64,000 nucleotides of DNA from Persephonella sp. (lineage in GTDB: Bacteria; Aquificota; Aquificia; Aquificales; Hydrogenothermaceae): positions 917 to 64,916 of the forward strand of contig JAUZSJ010000005.1 of assembly GCA_030949555.1 (NCBI GenBank), given 5' to 3'. How positions within the stretch are numbered: position 1 is the stretch's first letter; the number at the start of each line of letters is the position of its first letter. The translations under genes and the position numbers were made by a program. Shown here piece after piece: positions 36,974 to 49,022 of this stretch. Below the pieces are notes generated by a model. The model worked only from the letters and a program-made list of their open reading frames with translations, had not been told where the DNA came from and did no database searches.

Positions 36974-37729
36974 GCTTTCCCTTTCGGTTGCGATTATTTC
37001 TTATAATGAGGAGGAAAATATAGGAAGAACCCTGTCTGCAGTTAGAGATATAGCATCTGAAGTTATTGTTGTTGACAGTGGTTCAACAGACAGAACTGTT
37101 GAAATAGCAAAAAGCTTTGGAGCTGAGGTTTTTATTGAGGAATGGAAAGGTTTCAAAGAGCAGAAAAATTCAGCATTAAAAAATGCTCTCAGGAATGGAT
37201 ACTGTTTTTAGACTGCGATGAGGTTGTCTCACAGGAGTTGAAAGAATCTATTATAAGTGCAGTAAAACGGCCCTTTGCTGACGGATATATGGTTAACAGG
37301 AAAACGGTTTATCTCGGTAAACCTCTAAATCATGCATGGCAGCCTGATTGGAATTTGAGGCTGGTAAAAAAGTCTGCAAATCCCCGGTGGGAAGGTGGAG
37401 ATATCCATGAATATCTTGTTATAGATGGTAGGGTCTCAAAACTGTCAGGATATCTGTTTCACTACTCTTATAAAAACATAAAAGACCATTTCACAAAAGT
37501 GGTAAACTACTCATACATTGCTGCAAAAGAGATGCACAGGAAAAGGAAGAAGTTTAAGATAAGAAAGATATTTCTCAACCCGGCGGCATCATTTGTGAGA
37601 GAGTATATACTCAAAAGAGGTTTTTTAGACGGCATCAGGGGGCTGATTGTTGCTGTCAGTGCCACATATTACAGCTTTTTAAAATATATATACCTGTGGG
37701 AGATGGAAAGAAAAGATGGAAAAGATTAG
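36966..37729 (+). CDS. GT2 glycosyltransferase (WaaE/KdtX-like, frameshifted)
   Basis: VVDSGSTDRT, WILFLDCDE, RGFLDGIRG. Confidence 0.88.
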
Positions 37730-38597
37730 TGTTGTAATTCCTGTTTACAACGGTGAGAGGTATATAAAAGATGCTGTAGATTCTGCTTTAAATCAGAGTT
37801 ATGAAAACATTGAAGTGATAATCATCAATGATGCATCTACAGATAGGACAGAGGATATTATATTTCAGCATTTTGGGAATCTTTTAGGCAGTAAAATAAT
37901 TTATCACAGAAACAAAACCAACAGAGAGAGAGCTTACAGTAGAAATAAAGGAGTTGAGCTTTCTTCTGGGAAATACATATTTTTTCTTGATTATGACGAT
38001 AAGTGGAAAACTGATTATCTGAAGGAAAGTGTAGAGTACCTGAAAGATTACGATATTGTTTACTCTTTTCCTAAAACATTTATAAACAGTAAGGGAGAAG
38101 TTATCAGAAAGTCAAAAAAGATTACTATCTGAAAAAGAGATTATCTTCTCTGGACTTATTGGATACCCTTCTGCTACGGGAATCAGAAAGGATAAATTTT
38201 TGCCGTATTTAGACAGGTATCTTATCAGAGAAGACTGGGAACTTTTTCATAAGAGCTTACCTGAATAAATTGAAAATAAAAATTTTGGACAATGACAAGG
38301 TCTTAATGAGAGAGCATTCAAACAGAACAAGCAGAAATTTACAGTTCTACAAGGCAACGCTGACAGCTTTTAGGGATTACTATGACAGAGTTCCAGCAGA
38401 TGTTAAGGCAGATTTTATGTTTCATGTAGGGAGGTGTGTTGTGAGATTTGGAGATTTATCTTGTAGGATGGAAACTTGTTTTGAAAAAGCTTGAAAGAAA
38501 ACCCTGTCCTGATAAAAGACAGGAGAAAGGCTCTCTCTGTTTTAAAAGGGGAGTAAGAATAGACAGGGCTGTAAAGCTACTTTTTAATACCAACTAA
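37716..38597 (+). CDS. GT2 glycosyltransferase (frameshifted; end approximate)
   Basis: ISVVIPVYNG, INDASTD, SRNKG, FFLDYDD, EDW. Confidence 0.85.
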
Positions 38598-39195
38598 TAT
38601 CCCATCTCTGACAGGCAGTATAACAGAAAAGTAGTTTTCAGACATATACCTGTTGAAGCTGTCTAAAACTTTTGCCTTTCTGTCTTCTTTTTCAAACACA
38701 ACCTTTCCCTGATACAGAACATTGTCAGCAATAACGATACCATCTTCAGAAAGGTTCTTTTCAAGTGTCTGAATGGCTTCTAAGTATCTGACCTTCTCTA
38801 AGTCTAAAAAAAGAATGTCAATATTTCTGTATTCCTGCCCTATACTGATGGCATCTCCAACCCTGAAACAGATTTTATCTAACAGATTTCCCTCTTTAAA
38901 AAACTCCTTTGCTAAATTTATGTTTCTCTCTGAATAATCAATCAGACACAACCTTACCATTTTTTAATCCTTTTGCAAAAAAATATCCAGAATATCCAAA
39001 TCCTGAGCCGATTTCCACAATCAACTGTGGTTTTTTTATTTTTGTTATCAGGTACAGCAGTTCCCCCCCTTCTCTGCCTATAATAGGAAAATCTACCTTC
39101 CGGGCATAATTTTCCATTTTCTTTATCACAGGGTCTTCTATGTCTATAAGGCTTTTCAGGTATTTTTCAACTTCTGGATTTATTATCTGATACAT
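38577..39195 (-). CDS. SAM-dependent O-methyltransferase (frameshifted)
   Basis: FPIIGREGG, VEIGSGFGYS, LFLD..K..Y, IADNVLYQG, RDGIL. Confidence 0.88.
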
Positions 39196-39292
39196 TATTC
39201 TACCTTTAAATAAAAAGGTCAAAGGGATATTATATTTATAGATTTGATATATTTCAAACAGGAATAAATTGTAGAGGAAAAAGAGAAGAACC

Positions 39293-41280
39293 ATGAGAAA
39301 AACACCTTTCAAGATAGATATGCCTTTTCCTCCTGCAGGAGACCAGCCAAAGGCAATACAGCAGCTTCACGAAAATCTGAAGTCTGGAATTGATGAACAG
39401 GTTCTCCTTGGAGCCACAGGAACAGGAAAAACGATAACATTTGCCAGTGTTATAGAAAAATACGGCAGACCTGCCCTTGTTCTTACCCATAACAAAACAT
39501 TAGCTGCCCAGATTTACAGGGAGCTTAAGGAGCTGTTTCCAGACAATGCTGTTGAGTATTTTGTTTCTTATTATGATTACTACCAGCCAGAAGCCTATGT
39601 ACCAGAGAAGGACCTTTACATAGAAAAGGACAGCTCAATCAACGATGCAATAGACAGACTGAGACACTCAGCTACAAGAAGTCTTATAGAAAGGCCTGAC
39701 ACGATAGTTGTTGCTTCCGTTTCATGTATATATGGTCTTGGAACTCCTGAGTTTTACGAGAAATTAAGGCTTCACCTGTATGTTGGTCAGCCTATTGACA
39801 GACAGGATTTATTGAGGAGGTTAGTAGAGCTTCAGTATGTGAGAGATGATTTCTCTTTCAAAAGGGGGACATTCTGTGTAAAAGGGGATACTGTTGAGAT
39901 ACTCCCTTCCCACACAGAGGATGTAATTCTGAGGGTGGAGTTTTTTGGAGATGAGATAGAAAGCATAACAGAGCTTGACCTGTTTAACAGGAATGTAAAA
40001 AGAAAACTGAATACAGCTGTTATATTCCCTGCAAGTCACTACGTCATTCCCCGTCCTGACATGGTGGACGCGATAAAACAGATACAGATAGATTTAGAAA
40101 AAGAGGTGGAGGAGTTTAGAAAACAGGGGAAAGAGATAGAAGCAAACAGGTTGTGGCAGAGGACAAATTACGACATTGAGATGATGCTTGAACTGGGAAC
40201 CTGCAAAGGGATAGAGAACTACTCAAGGTATTTTGATGGGAGAAAGCCGGGAGAGCCTCCATACACCCTGATTGACTATTTTCCAGAAGATTTTCTGCTG
40301 ATAATAGATGAGTCCCACGTAACTATTCCCCAGATAAGGGCAATGTACAATGGAGATAGAAGGAGAAAGGAAAACTTGGTTAAATACGGCTGGAGAATGA
40401 AGTCAGCTTATGACAACAGGCCTCTGAAATTTGAAGAGTTTGTGGAAAAGATTCAGAAGGCTATATACGTATCTGCAACACCTGCCCAGTGGGAAATTGA
40501 AAGGTCAAAAGGGGTTATTGTGGAACAGATAATAAGACCTACAGGTCTGTTAGACCCTGAGGTTGTTATAAAGCCAACAGAGGGACAGATTGACGACCTG
40601 ATAAATGAGATATGGAGTGTGAAAGAAAGAGGAGAAAGGGCTATTGTTATAACGCTTACAAAGAAAATGGCAGAAAACTTAGCAGACTACCTGATAGAAA
40701 GGGATATAAAGGCTGTTTATCTTCATTCGGAAATAGATACAATAGAGAGGGCAAAGATTATAAAAGAGCTCAGAGAAGGAAAATACGATGTTATCGTGGG
40801 GGTCAATCTGTTGAGGGAAGGTATAGACATGCCAGAGGTATCCCTCGTTGCAGTTTTGGATGCAGATAAGGAAGGATTTTTAAGGTCAACAACTGCACTG
40901 ATACAGATAATAGGTAGAGCAGCAAGGAATGTTAACGGTAAGCCATTCTTTATGCAGACAGGATAACACCTGCAATAGAAAAGGCTGTTGAAGAAACAGA
41001 GAGAAGAAGAAAAATCCAGATGGAATACAACAAAAAACATAACATCACACCCCAGACAGTATCAAAAGAGATAAAGGAACTTATATCTCTTGAAGAGATA
41101 GGTATTTATGAAATGCAGGAGTATCTGCCAGAGGATGTAGAAACAGAAGAAGACCTTATGAGGAAGATAGGGGAGCTTGAGAAAGAGATGTGGCAGGCAG
41201 CTGAAAGCTGGGAATTTGAAAGGGCAGCTGAAATCAGAGACCAGATAGAAAAGCTGAGAAAGTTGGTGGGAGTTTTTTAA
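39293..41280 (+). CDS. uvrB: Excinuclease ABC subunit B (frameshift near 40950)
   Basis: [45 protein letters not shown]-terminal UVR domain. Confidence 0.97.
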
Positions 41281-41290
41281 TAATTTCCAC

Positions 41291-41317
41291 TAAATTTAAT
41301 AGTTCCCATGCCGATAA
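41291..41317 (+). promoter_or_regulatory. Perfect sigma28 promoter
   Basis: TAAA-N15-GCCGATAA. Confidence 0.85.
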
Positions 41318-41348
41318 TATAAACAGAACAACAGGTAAGGTGATAGAT

Positions 41349-41489
41349 ATGTTCCACTACAGACAGGTAAGTTCAGAGCTTTTGATACTGATGCTATTTT
41401 TACTGCTGTTTGCTTTTGTTTTTGCTGCAGACTATCTACTTATGCCAGAAATATCCGCTCCACAGGTAAGTATAAAGGTAAATTTTTAG
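41349..41489 (+). CDS. 46-aa single-TM small protein
   Basis: AGGTGA RBS; MFHYRQVSSELLILMLFLLLFAFVFAADYLLMPEISAPQVSIKVNF*; intact frame. Confidence 0.7.
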   Translation: MFHYRQVSSELLILMLFLLLFAFVFAADYLLMPEISAPQVSIKVNF

Positions 41490-41644
41490 ATGTAAATATC
41501 CACTTTTCTCCCTTTTATGCCTTTACCTTTTTTTGCCTGTTTTTTTTCTTTTTTCTTCCTGTAGAGATGCCACAGCCTGCGCTGTGATTTCTCATCTGAA
41601 ATGGGCTTTATTCTCAAGACATAATCTATCTGTGGCCAGTCCAT
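41486..41644 (-). CDS. 52-aa Lys-rich small protein ending GRKVDIYI
   Basis: GGAGG RBS; MDWPQIDYVLRIKPISDEKSQRRLWHLYRKKKEKKQAKKGKGIKGRKVDIYI*; intact frame. Confidence 0.7.
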   Translation of the reverse strand: MDWPQIDYVLRIKPISDEKSQRRLWHLYRKKKEKKQAKKGKGIKGRKVDIYI

Positions 41645-41706
41645 AACAAACCCTCCACACCCCTAAATATATGTTAAAAATTATAACATTGCAAATAATT
41701 ATATTC

Positions 41707-42910
41707 CTATTTTTTTCTTTTTTCCTGCACTGATGGAGGTATCTCTAAGGTAAAGACTGTCAGTAGCCATATAAAAGTTATAACTCCAAGGAAAATGAAC
41801 ACATAGTCATGTCCAAACTTCAGGAGGTATCCTGCAACAGCACCGCCAACAAAAGCTCCTAAAAACTGGGAAGTGTTAAACACCCCTGAAGCTGTTCCTT
41901 TAACCTGAGGTTTTGCATATCTGCTCATAAGGGAAGGCATAATAGGTTCAAGCATCATAAACCCTGTGAAATAAACAATTATTGCTATCACAGCAGGAAC
42001 AAAATAGGATTCAAACTTCATAAACAGGCCAAAGGACAGAATCAGTATAAATATACCTAATATTTTTACTTCTTTTATCAGTCCCTTTTTCTCTGCAATG
42101 ATGGTTGAGGGAACCATAAAGGTAAGCCCTACAAGGAACATAATAAGGTAAACCTTCCACAGTTCCTGAACATCCATAAACTGTTTTAGAATAAGTGGAG
42201 CAGATGTAAAAACAGCAGTCAGTCCCATGTGGAGAACAAACATACCAAAATCCATCTTCAGCAGGTTTACATCTCTCAAAACGGTTCCTAAATAAGAACC
42301 GGTAAACTCTGCATCTTCATGGTGAACTGTTTTTTCAGGTTTGGGCAGTCCAAATATGATGTAGGGAAGGGAAAAGAAAGCAAGGAGTGCTGTAACCAAA
42401 TACTCCTGCCAGTTCAAAATGGGAGGCAATCCATGGTCCTAAAACCATCCCAAAGGCAAATGCCATCCCTATAGATGCACCTATTGTTGCCATTGCCCTT
42501 GTTCTTATCTCTTCTCTTGTAAGGTCTGCTATCAGAGCTATCACAACAGAAGATACAGCTCCCATTCCCTGAAGAAGTCTTCCTGCGATAAGAAGGTGTA
42601 TATTCTGCTCTAAAGAGGCATACGCTGCAAGGAGACTACCAAATATAAATATTATGGTGGAGAATATAAGTATAGGTATCCTTCCTATTTTATCACTGAG
42701 AAGTCCATAGGGTATCTGGAAAAAGGCCTGCGTTAATCCATACGCACCGATGGCAATACCAACTAAAAATGATGTGGCACCGGGAAATTCATGGGCATAG
42801 ATACTGAGAACGGGAAGAGCTAAAAACAGTCCAAGCATCCTCAGAGAAAAGATTGATGCCAGTCCAAGTGTGGCTTTTTTTTCTTTAAAGGTAAAATCTC
42901 TGTCTATCAA
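41707..42910 (-). CDS. MFS transporter (YajR-like, frameshifted)
   Basis: LRMLGLF..LPVL, GAYGLTQAFFQIP.G.LSDKIGR, GRLLQGMGA. Confidence 0.9.
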
Positions 42911-42993
42911 CTGTTTTACCTCTTATTTGGTTAGTTTTCATTAACAATTATAGACCTATTACACAGGATGGTAAAATGAAATAAATCAGATTG

Positions 42994-43598
42994 TCAGTCT
43001 TCAATGCCCAGTAGAGACAGGAATCTTTTTGAAGTTCTCTTCTGTTTTGTTCTTTTTGTATATTTTTGCAAGCTCAATCAGTTTTTTTTCTGTCAAATGG
43101 CGGAAGGTACTTGTGTCCTTCTGTAAGGATAAACTGAAGAAGCTGGTTCACATTCTGGATGTTTTTTCCCTGTCTTGCCCTCTCGAAATCTATCAGATAT
43201 ACTCTAAGATTATCATCTACCAAAACATTTGTGTAAGGTCTGTGCATCTCTTCTTTGTTTATTCCCAGTCTGTCTAACATTCTTGCCTGTTTTAGAAGCT
43301 GGGATGTGATTACTTTTCCATTTTTTTGGTTTATCACCTTTTTTAGAGGTTTTCCCTGTATGAATTGATATGCGATGAAGTCTTCCCCTGTTAAAAAAAT
43401 TTTTCCACCTATTCCATATTGATTGATGACTTCCAATATTTTTCCTTCCTTCTGGATGTTGGGAATAAACTGCTCCTCTGATGCAACCTTAAAGGCAAGG
43501 TCTTTACCATTTAATCTGCCTCTGTAAATAATCCCCCTCCATCCTTCTCCTATTATTTCTAAGTTTTCTATTTTGTTTTTTATCTCTTCAAATCTCAT
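42994..43598 (-). CDS. Small Ser/Thr kinase-like protein (RIO/Bud32-related; frameshifted C-terminus)
   Basis: IGEGWRGIIY, AFK, E..IL, NVLV, YLIDFE. Confidence 0.75.
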
Positions 43599-44253
43599 AT
43601 TCGTAGTGCTGTGAGTAGAAGTTTACTATTATCTCAACTATCTCGTCTAAGTCGTCAACAACCTGAAACAGACTGAAGTCTTCAGGGGATATGTATTCTC
43701 CAGTTAAAACAGTTTCCTTTATCCAGCTGACAAGACCAGTCCAGTATTCACTGCCGTAAAGGATAACAGGGAAAGGTTTCAGTTTTTTTGTCTGTATCAG
43801 AACGAGTGTTTCTGTAAGCTCGTCAAGGGTTCCATATCCTCCAGGAAACAGTACATAAGCTGTTGCATACTTGTTGAACATAACCTTTCTGGCAAAAAAA
43901 TATCTGAAATTTAAGGTTACTGTTGCATATTTATTAGGAAATTGCTCCATAGGAAGGGTTATATTCAGTCCTACAGATTTTCCACCTGCTTCTTTTGCTC
44001 CCCTGTTTCCTGCTTCCATTATTCCTGGACCACCACCTGTTATTATGGAAAATCCCTTTTCCACTAACTTTTTTGCCAGCTCTCTTGCAGCTTCATAATA
44101 TTTGTTACCTTCTTTTACCCTTGCTGAGCCATAAAATGTTACTGCCGGTATAAACTCAGGCATAATCTCAAATCCATCAACAAAGTCCCCAATAATTCTG
44201 AACAGTCTCCATGCATCTTCCTTTTTCAGTTCGTTGATAAAATACTTTTCCAT
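43588..44253 (-). CDS. LOG-family nucleotide phosphoribohydrolase-like protein (TIGR00730)
   Basis: GSAR, TGGGPGIMEAGN, FFARK, PGGYGTLDE. Confidence 0.9.
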   Translation of the reverse strand: MEKYFINELKKEDAWRLFRIIGDFVDGFEIMPEFIPAVTFYGSARVKEGNKYYEAARELAKKLVEKGFSIITGGGPGIMEAGNRGAKEAGGKSVGLNITLPMEQFPNKYATVTLNFRYFFARKVMFNKYATAYVLFPGGYGTLDELTETLVLIQTKKLKPFPVILYGSEYWTGLVSWIKETVLTGEYISPEDFSLFQVVDDLDEIVEIIVNFYSQHYEYEI

Positions 44254-44256
44254 CTT

Positions 44257-46869
44257 CTACCTCTTTGATCTTGCTTCTTCTAATAGTGTAACAGCTTCCT
44301 TTACTCCCATGGAAGCTGCCTTCTCTAAGTCTTCAATAGCTTTTCTGTATTCTCCTCTGATGTAGTTTCCACGTTCGTAGTAGAGTTTACCTCTGAGAAA
44401 ATATGCTTTTCCATTTTCAGGATTCAGCTTTATTACAGAAGACAGGTCATTTATGGCCTTTCTGTAATCTTTGAGATTTAAGTATGCAAGGGCTCTAAGA
44501 TAGTAAACTTTTTCTTTTTTGTGTCCTTTTTTGATAGCTTTTGTAAGATAAGTTATAGCTCTTAGATAGTTTTTTCTGTCGTAGTATATCCTCCCTATAT
44601 AGTAGTAAGCTCCCTTTTGTGTACTCCCTGTTTTCGTGCTTTCAGGGAAAAGCTGGAGAGCTTTAGTTGGGTTTTTCTCATAGTAAAGGCTGTAGGCCCC
44701 CATTATATAGTTGGCAAGTCCACTGTATTCTGGAATGTTAGCAATTTTTTCTGCATAATCCTTTGCTTTTTTCAGGTTTCCTAATTTTGCATATATCCTT
44801 GCAAGGATGGAGACAGTTTCTGGATTTTCTCCGTATTTTGATGTGTATTTCTCAAAGTATTGAGCAGCCTTTTTGTAGTTGTTTTCTACAATGTATATCT
44901 TCCCCAGATAGTAGAGCAGTTTTTTGTTGTCAGGTTTTATCTCCTCAGCTTTCTTCAGATAGTCATAAGCTGTTGAGTACATACCTGAGATAAACTGCTT
45001 CCTTCCGACGGAAAGATAAGCATTAAACAGATAATCTTTCAGCTTTTCTTTCTGTGATTTATCTGTTTTTACTGCCTTGACGAAATACTGGATAGCCTTT
45101 TCGTACTTTTTCTGATTGTAAAATCTTTTACCTATCTGTATATACGAGGAGGAAATTTTGCTTTTCAGTTTTTCTTCAAGGGTTTTATCTAAGTCAATTG
45201 CCCTATTGAAGTTTTTTAAAGCTGTAAAATACTTTTTCTGTTTGAATGCTTTTTCTCCCAATCTCAGATATAAAACAGCCTCTTTTTTCTTTATTTTCTG
45301 ACTTTTCAGTTTCCTGTAGTATGCGAGAGCTTTTTCTATACTGCCTATTTTTTCGTAGCATTCTGCAGTCCATAAGTATAATCTCAGAATTCTTACTTCC
45401 GTAGGATATGGCTTTTTTAAAGTAATTAATCGCCTGAGGGCATCTGTTTTTGTTTTTTTCTTCTTTCCCAAGTTCAGAGTATATGGTTGAGAGTCTGTTT
45501 TTTATCTTTTTCTTAAGGGAAGAATCAATCTTTAGTGCATTTATGTAATATTTTTCAGCTTTTCTGTATCTCTTCCATGAAAAGTAAATCTCTCCAAGAG
45601 AGAGAAAATCTGAGGGTCATCCTTTATACGAAGGGCTTTAGATAGATATTCTTCAGCTTTCTTTGGATTTCCTTCTTTCAGCTTTAAAAATCCCAGTTTT
45701 TTGTAGGCTATAAATAGCCTGTCCTTTACTTTCTCCATGTTGTTTACTTTCTGTAAGTACAGTACAGCCTTACTGTAATCTTCCTTTTTCAGATATATGT
45801 CTCCCAGTACCGTCAGAGCTTCAGGATTTTCTCCATACTTTGATATAACTTCCTTAATCAGTTTTTCTGCTTTTTCATACTCACCTGTTGTAAATAGAAT
45901 TTTCCCATAGAGGATAACTGCCTCCATGTTGTCTGGATTTAGATTGAGGGATTTTTCAACAAGTTTCTGGGCTTCTAAAATATCAAATCTGTCATACGAC
46001 TTTTTTGCAAGTAGAAGATAAACATAGGGGTCTTCTATCTTTTTTAAAAAAATTTCTTCAACATCTATTTTTGATAGAAGATACTCTATCTTAGGAAGTA
46101 CTGAGCTGTTATCAACATTTAGATTTTTTGCTTTCAGCGCTATTTCCAGTGCTTCTACATATTTTCCTTCTGCTATGTATTCATTTATATTCTTCATGTA
46201 TATCTCAAAAAGCTTCTTCTTTAAAGATGGCTGGTCTGTATAATCCAGAATAAGCTCATAGTAGTAAGCTGCCCTGTCCAGATTTCCCTGTTTTGTGTGT
46301 TTTTTTGCAGCCTCTTCTGATAAAAAGATGATTTTTCCTATCAGTTTTTTCTTCAGCCGTTGAATGTCTCTGTCTCTCTTGAAAGGTGATTCTTCAATCT
46401 CTTTAACTGCATTCTGATATATTGTTATGTTGTTTTCAATATCTTCTATGGAGCCAAAAAACTTTGCGGTTTTCAGGTATGTATCAATTTTCTGTTTTAA
46501 TCTTCTTTTTTCTTTCATAAGAGCTTCCAACTGCTTCTCATTAATCCATTTTCCGTTGTAGAATATAAAGCCTTTTGCAACCTTCTGTAGTATAGGGTCA
46601 TTTTCTATTCTTTCTTTTAATTTCTGTATCTCATTTCTTTTGATAAGTTTTAAAATTATAAGGTCATTGTATCTCTTCAGAGCTCTGTCGAAGAACATTT
46701 TTGCTTTCTTGTATTCTTTTTTCTGGTAGTATTTCTCCCCTTCTTTGACCATTTCTGTTGACAGCTCGTATATTTCCTTTTCTTCAAGGAGATGTATTGC
46801 AGAAAATATTAAAAGTGATATGATAAGAAGTGATAAAAGAATTTTTGTATTTCTGTTGAGCCTCTTCAC
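44257..46869 (-). CDS. Large membrane-anchored TPR protein (~870 aa, split near 45500)
   Basis: N-terminal TM then many TPR repeats in ORFs 45541..46869 and 44257..45471. Confidence 0.8.
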
Positions 46870-47834
46870 TACCTGACCTCTTCAAAATATTTATTATAAA
46901 TGTTTATGTATCTGTTTTTTTCCTCCACAAATCTTTTTATTATAGGAGATATCTCGTTTAAGATTGACTGGTCTTCTTTCTGTATGTTCATTGCGGTGGA
47001 TATCTCTTTACTGAGAGTTTTCTTCCTTCCAAGAAAGAGATAAAAGTCATCTATATTTATTCTGACTAATGTTTTTAAATTTTCAATTATTTTCAGATAA
47101 ATCTTCGTTCTGCTGTCCTTTACCTGTTTTCCTGCTCTGTACAGGCTAAAGTTTCTTTTTACTTCTCTTATTATGTATCTGTTTCTTTTCATATCATTTA
47201 TCAGCTGCCCAAATGCCTTTTCTAACTCCCTGAAAGTACTCTAAGATATACTCTTTATTGGTAAAAAACAGCCATGAATTTTTTACACCTTCAAGATTTT
47301 TTATGTAGTAATGGAGCACATTTTTTGCTACGGTAAATCTGTGTATAACTTCATCATCTAACAGGTCTTTCATTCCTGTTATTAGATATTCAAGAAGGGC
47401 ATCTGTATGTTCGAGTGTAGCAAATATTTTTGCGTCTGTTTTTATAAAAGTATCTATAACTTCCGTGTCGTTTGCTTTATACGCCCAGTACAGGAAGTAA
47501 AGGAAATCTTTGTGTAGATTGACATAATTTGACAGGTAAAGTCTCTCAAGTATTTTTGCAGAGTTTATATCTTTATTTTCCTGATAGGAAAGTTTACAGT
47601 ACTTAACTGTTTTTGCCCTGTATTCAGCAGGATATTTTTTTATGTAGTCTTCTTTAAGATATTCCTCCTGGAATTTTTTGTAATATTTTTTACATAAAAC
47701 AGGCAGAATTGCAGGGTCTTTTTCTTCTGGTAGAGTATTTCCAGTTCATCTGCGTCAAAATTTTCGTAATTGATACAGGAGTATAAAGACAGAAATGGAA
47801 GGATAATGAAAATAAACTTTAATGTTCCTTGCAC
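46869..47834 (-). CDS. Hypothetical lipoprotein (~320 aa, frameshifted)
   Basis: Lipobox LSLYSC; coding-like sequence continuous to ORF 46869..47192. Confidence 0.6.
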
Positions 47835-47903
47835 GTAATCCCACCCTTCTTTATTTTATATTTATTTTATAAATATATTGTCTTTTTAATCCTTTGTGAA
47901 TAT

Positions 47904-48947
47904 TTATCTTATTCTGTGTTTTACAAGATTCCTCATTTTTTGCTGCTGCTTTTTAACAAAGTTTATTATATGTGTTTCTTCTTTATTTTTTATATTGTTG
48001 AACTTTATACCGTAACACACTGTTGTTTTTCTCTCCAGGAGATTAACAACAGTTCCTTTTAACTGAAATTTCTTTCCATCAAGTGAGAAGTTCAGCCATA
48101 TTTCCGTTCCAACAGATAGATTAAATCTTGTTCTCTGGGAGGCAGGAATACAGATTTTCATTCCTCCTGCACTTATATCTTTTGCATTCCCCTCAAGCCA
48201 TTTTACTTCTGAGCTGTTTTCGGAAATCTTTCCAACACTTACTGGCATGTCAACTTCTATTCTTGCATACTGCCTTCTCTGGATTCTTTTAAGCTCTGAG
48301 TGGTGAGGAATTTTGAGTATCCTTTTTTCTCCTTCTGTTATAACTTCTGCAACATTACCTTCCATAACATAGATAGCATCGTCTCTTCTGAGAAACTGTA
48401 TCTTGACTGTTTTATCTTTTAAATCTGGAGGATTGGGTATGTCAATAAGAAGCCAGTACATAAATTTTTCGTCTTTGTCGTAAAGTGATACGTGGAATGT
48501 TTTATCCTGATATGTGAACCTTCCGCTCTGGAAAACATCTATATCCTTTGTTGAACCAAGAGGAATAAAAGAAGGTATAAAATCAAAACCTAATTTTTTT
48601 CTTGTGTCCTGTATAAGCTGTTCATCATAGTCAGGATTCTCCTGAATGTACAGGTCTACGGCTTTTTCAAATGATGCTTTGACCTCAAGGGAAAGAAAAG
48701 GGTCTCTGCCTAATTTTGTTGAGTACTTCCACAGTATTTCACCTGCTTTTTCAGACAGACCTTTTTCTTTTATTGTTTTTATAAACAGTTTTTTCAGAAA
48801 TTTTGCTTTTATAGCTTTACGGAAGTTCATGATAAACAGGAATGTTACAATGAGAAAAAGTATAATAAAGATAAGAATCAGAAGTTCTGTTGTTTTGGTG
48901 TCTGTTGCAGCACGGAAAGACTGAATGGCAGCTACTTTATCTTCCAA
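47904..48947 (-). CDS. Membrane-anchored YcgR/PilZ c-di-GMP effector
   Basis: N-terminal TM; QRRQYAR (RxxxR) and DISAGG (DxSxGG). Confidence 0.88.
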   Translation of the reverse strand: MEDKVAAIQSFRAATDTKTTELLILIFIILFLIVTFLFIMNFRKAIKAKFLKKLFIKTIKEKGLSEKAGEILWKYSTKLGRDPFLSLEVKASFEKAVDLYIQENPDYDEQLIQDTRKKLGFDFIPSFIPLGSTKDIDVFQSGRFTYQDKTFHVSLYDKDEKFMYWLLIDIPNPPDLKDKTVKIQFLRRDDAIYVMEGNVAEVITEGEKRILKIPHHSELKRIQRRQYARIEVDMPVSVGKISENSSEVKWLEGNAKDISAGGMKICIPASQRTRFNLSVGTEIWLNFSLDGKKFQLKGTVVNLLERKTTVCYGIKFNNIKNKEETHIINFVKKQQQKMRNLVKHRIR

Positions 48948-48996
48948 GTTTTTTTCCTGTTTTTTATAGAAATTATACAGAAATATATAGGAATAT

Positions 48997-49019
48997 AAAA
49001 GGGGGGAGAAACCCCCTCT
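48997..49019 (-). terminator. Terminator after glnA
   Basis: Minus strand AGAGGGGG-TTTCT-CCCCCC-TTTT. Confidence 0.75.
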
Positions 49020-49022
49020 GTC

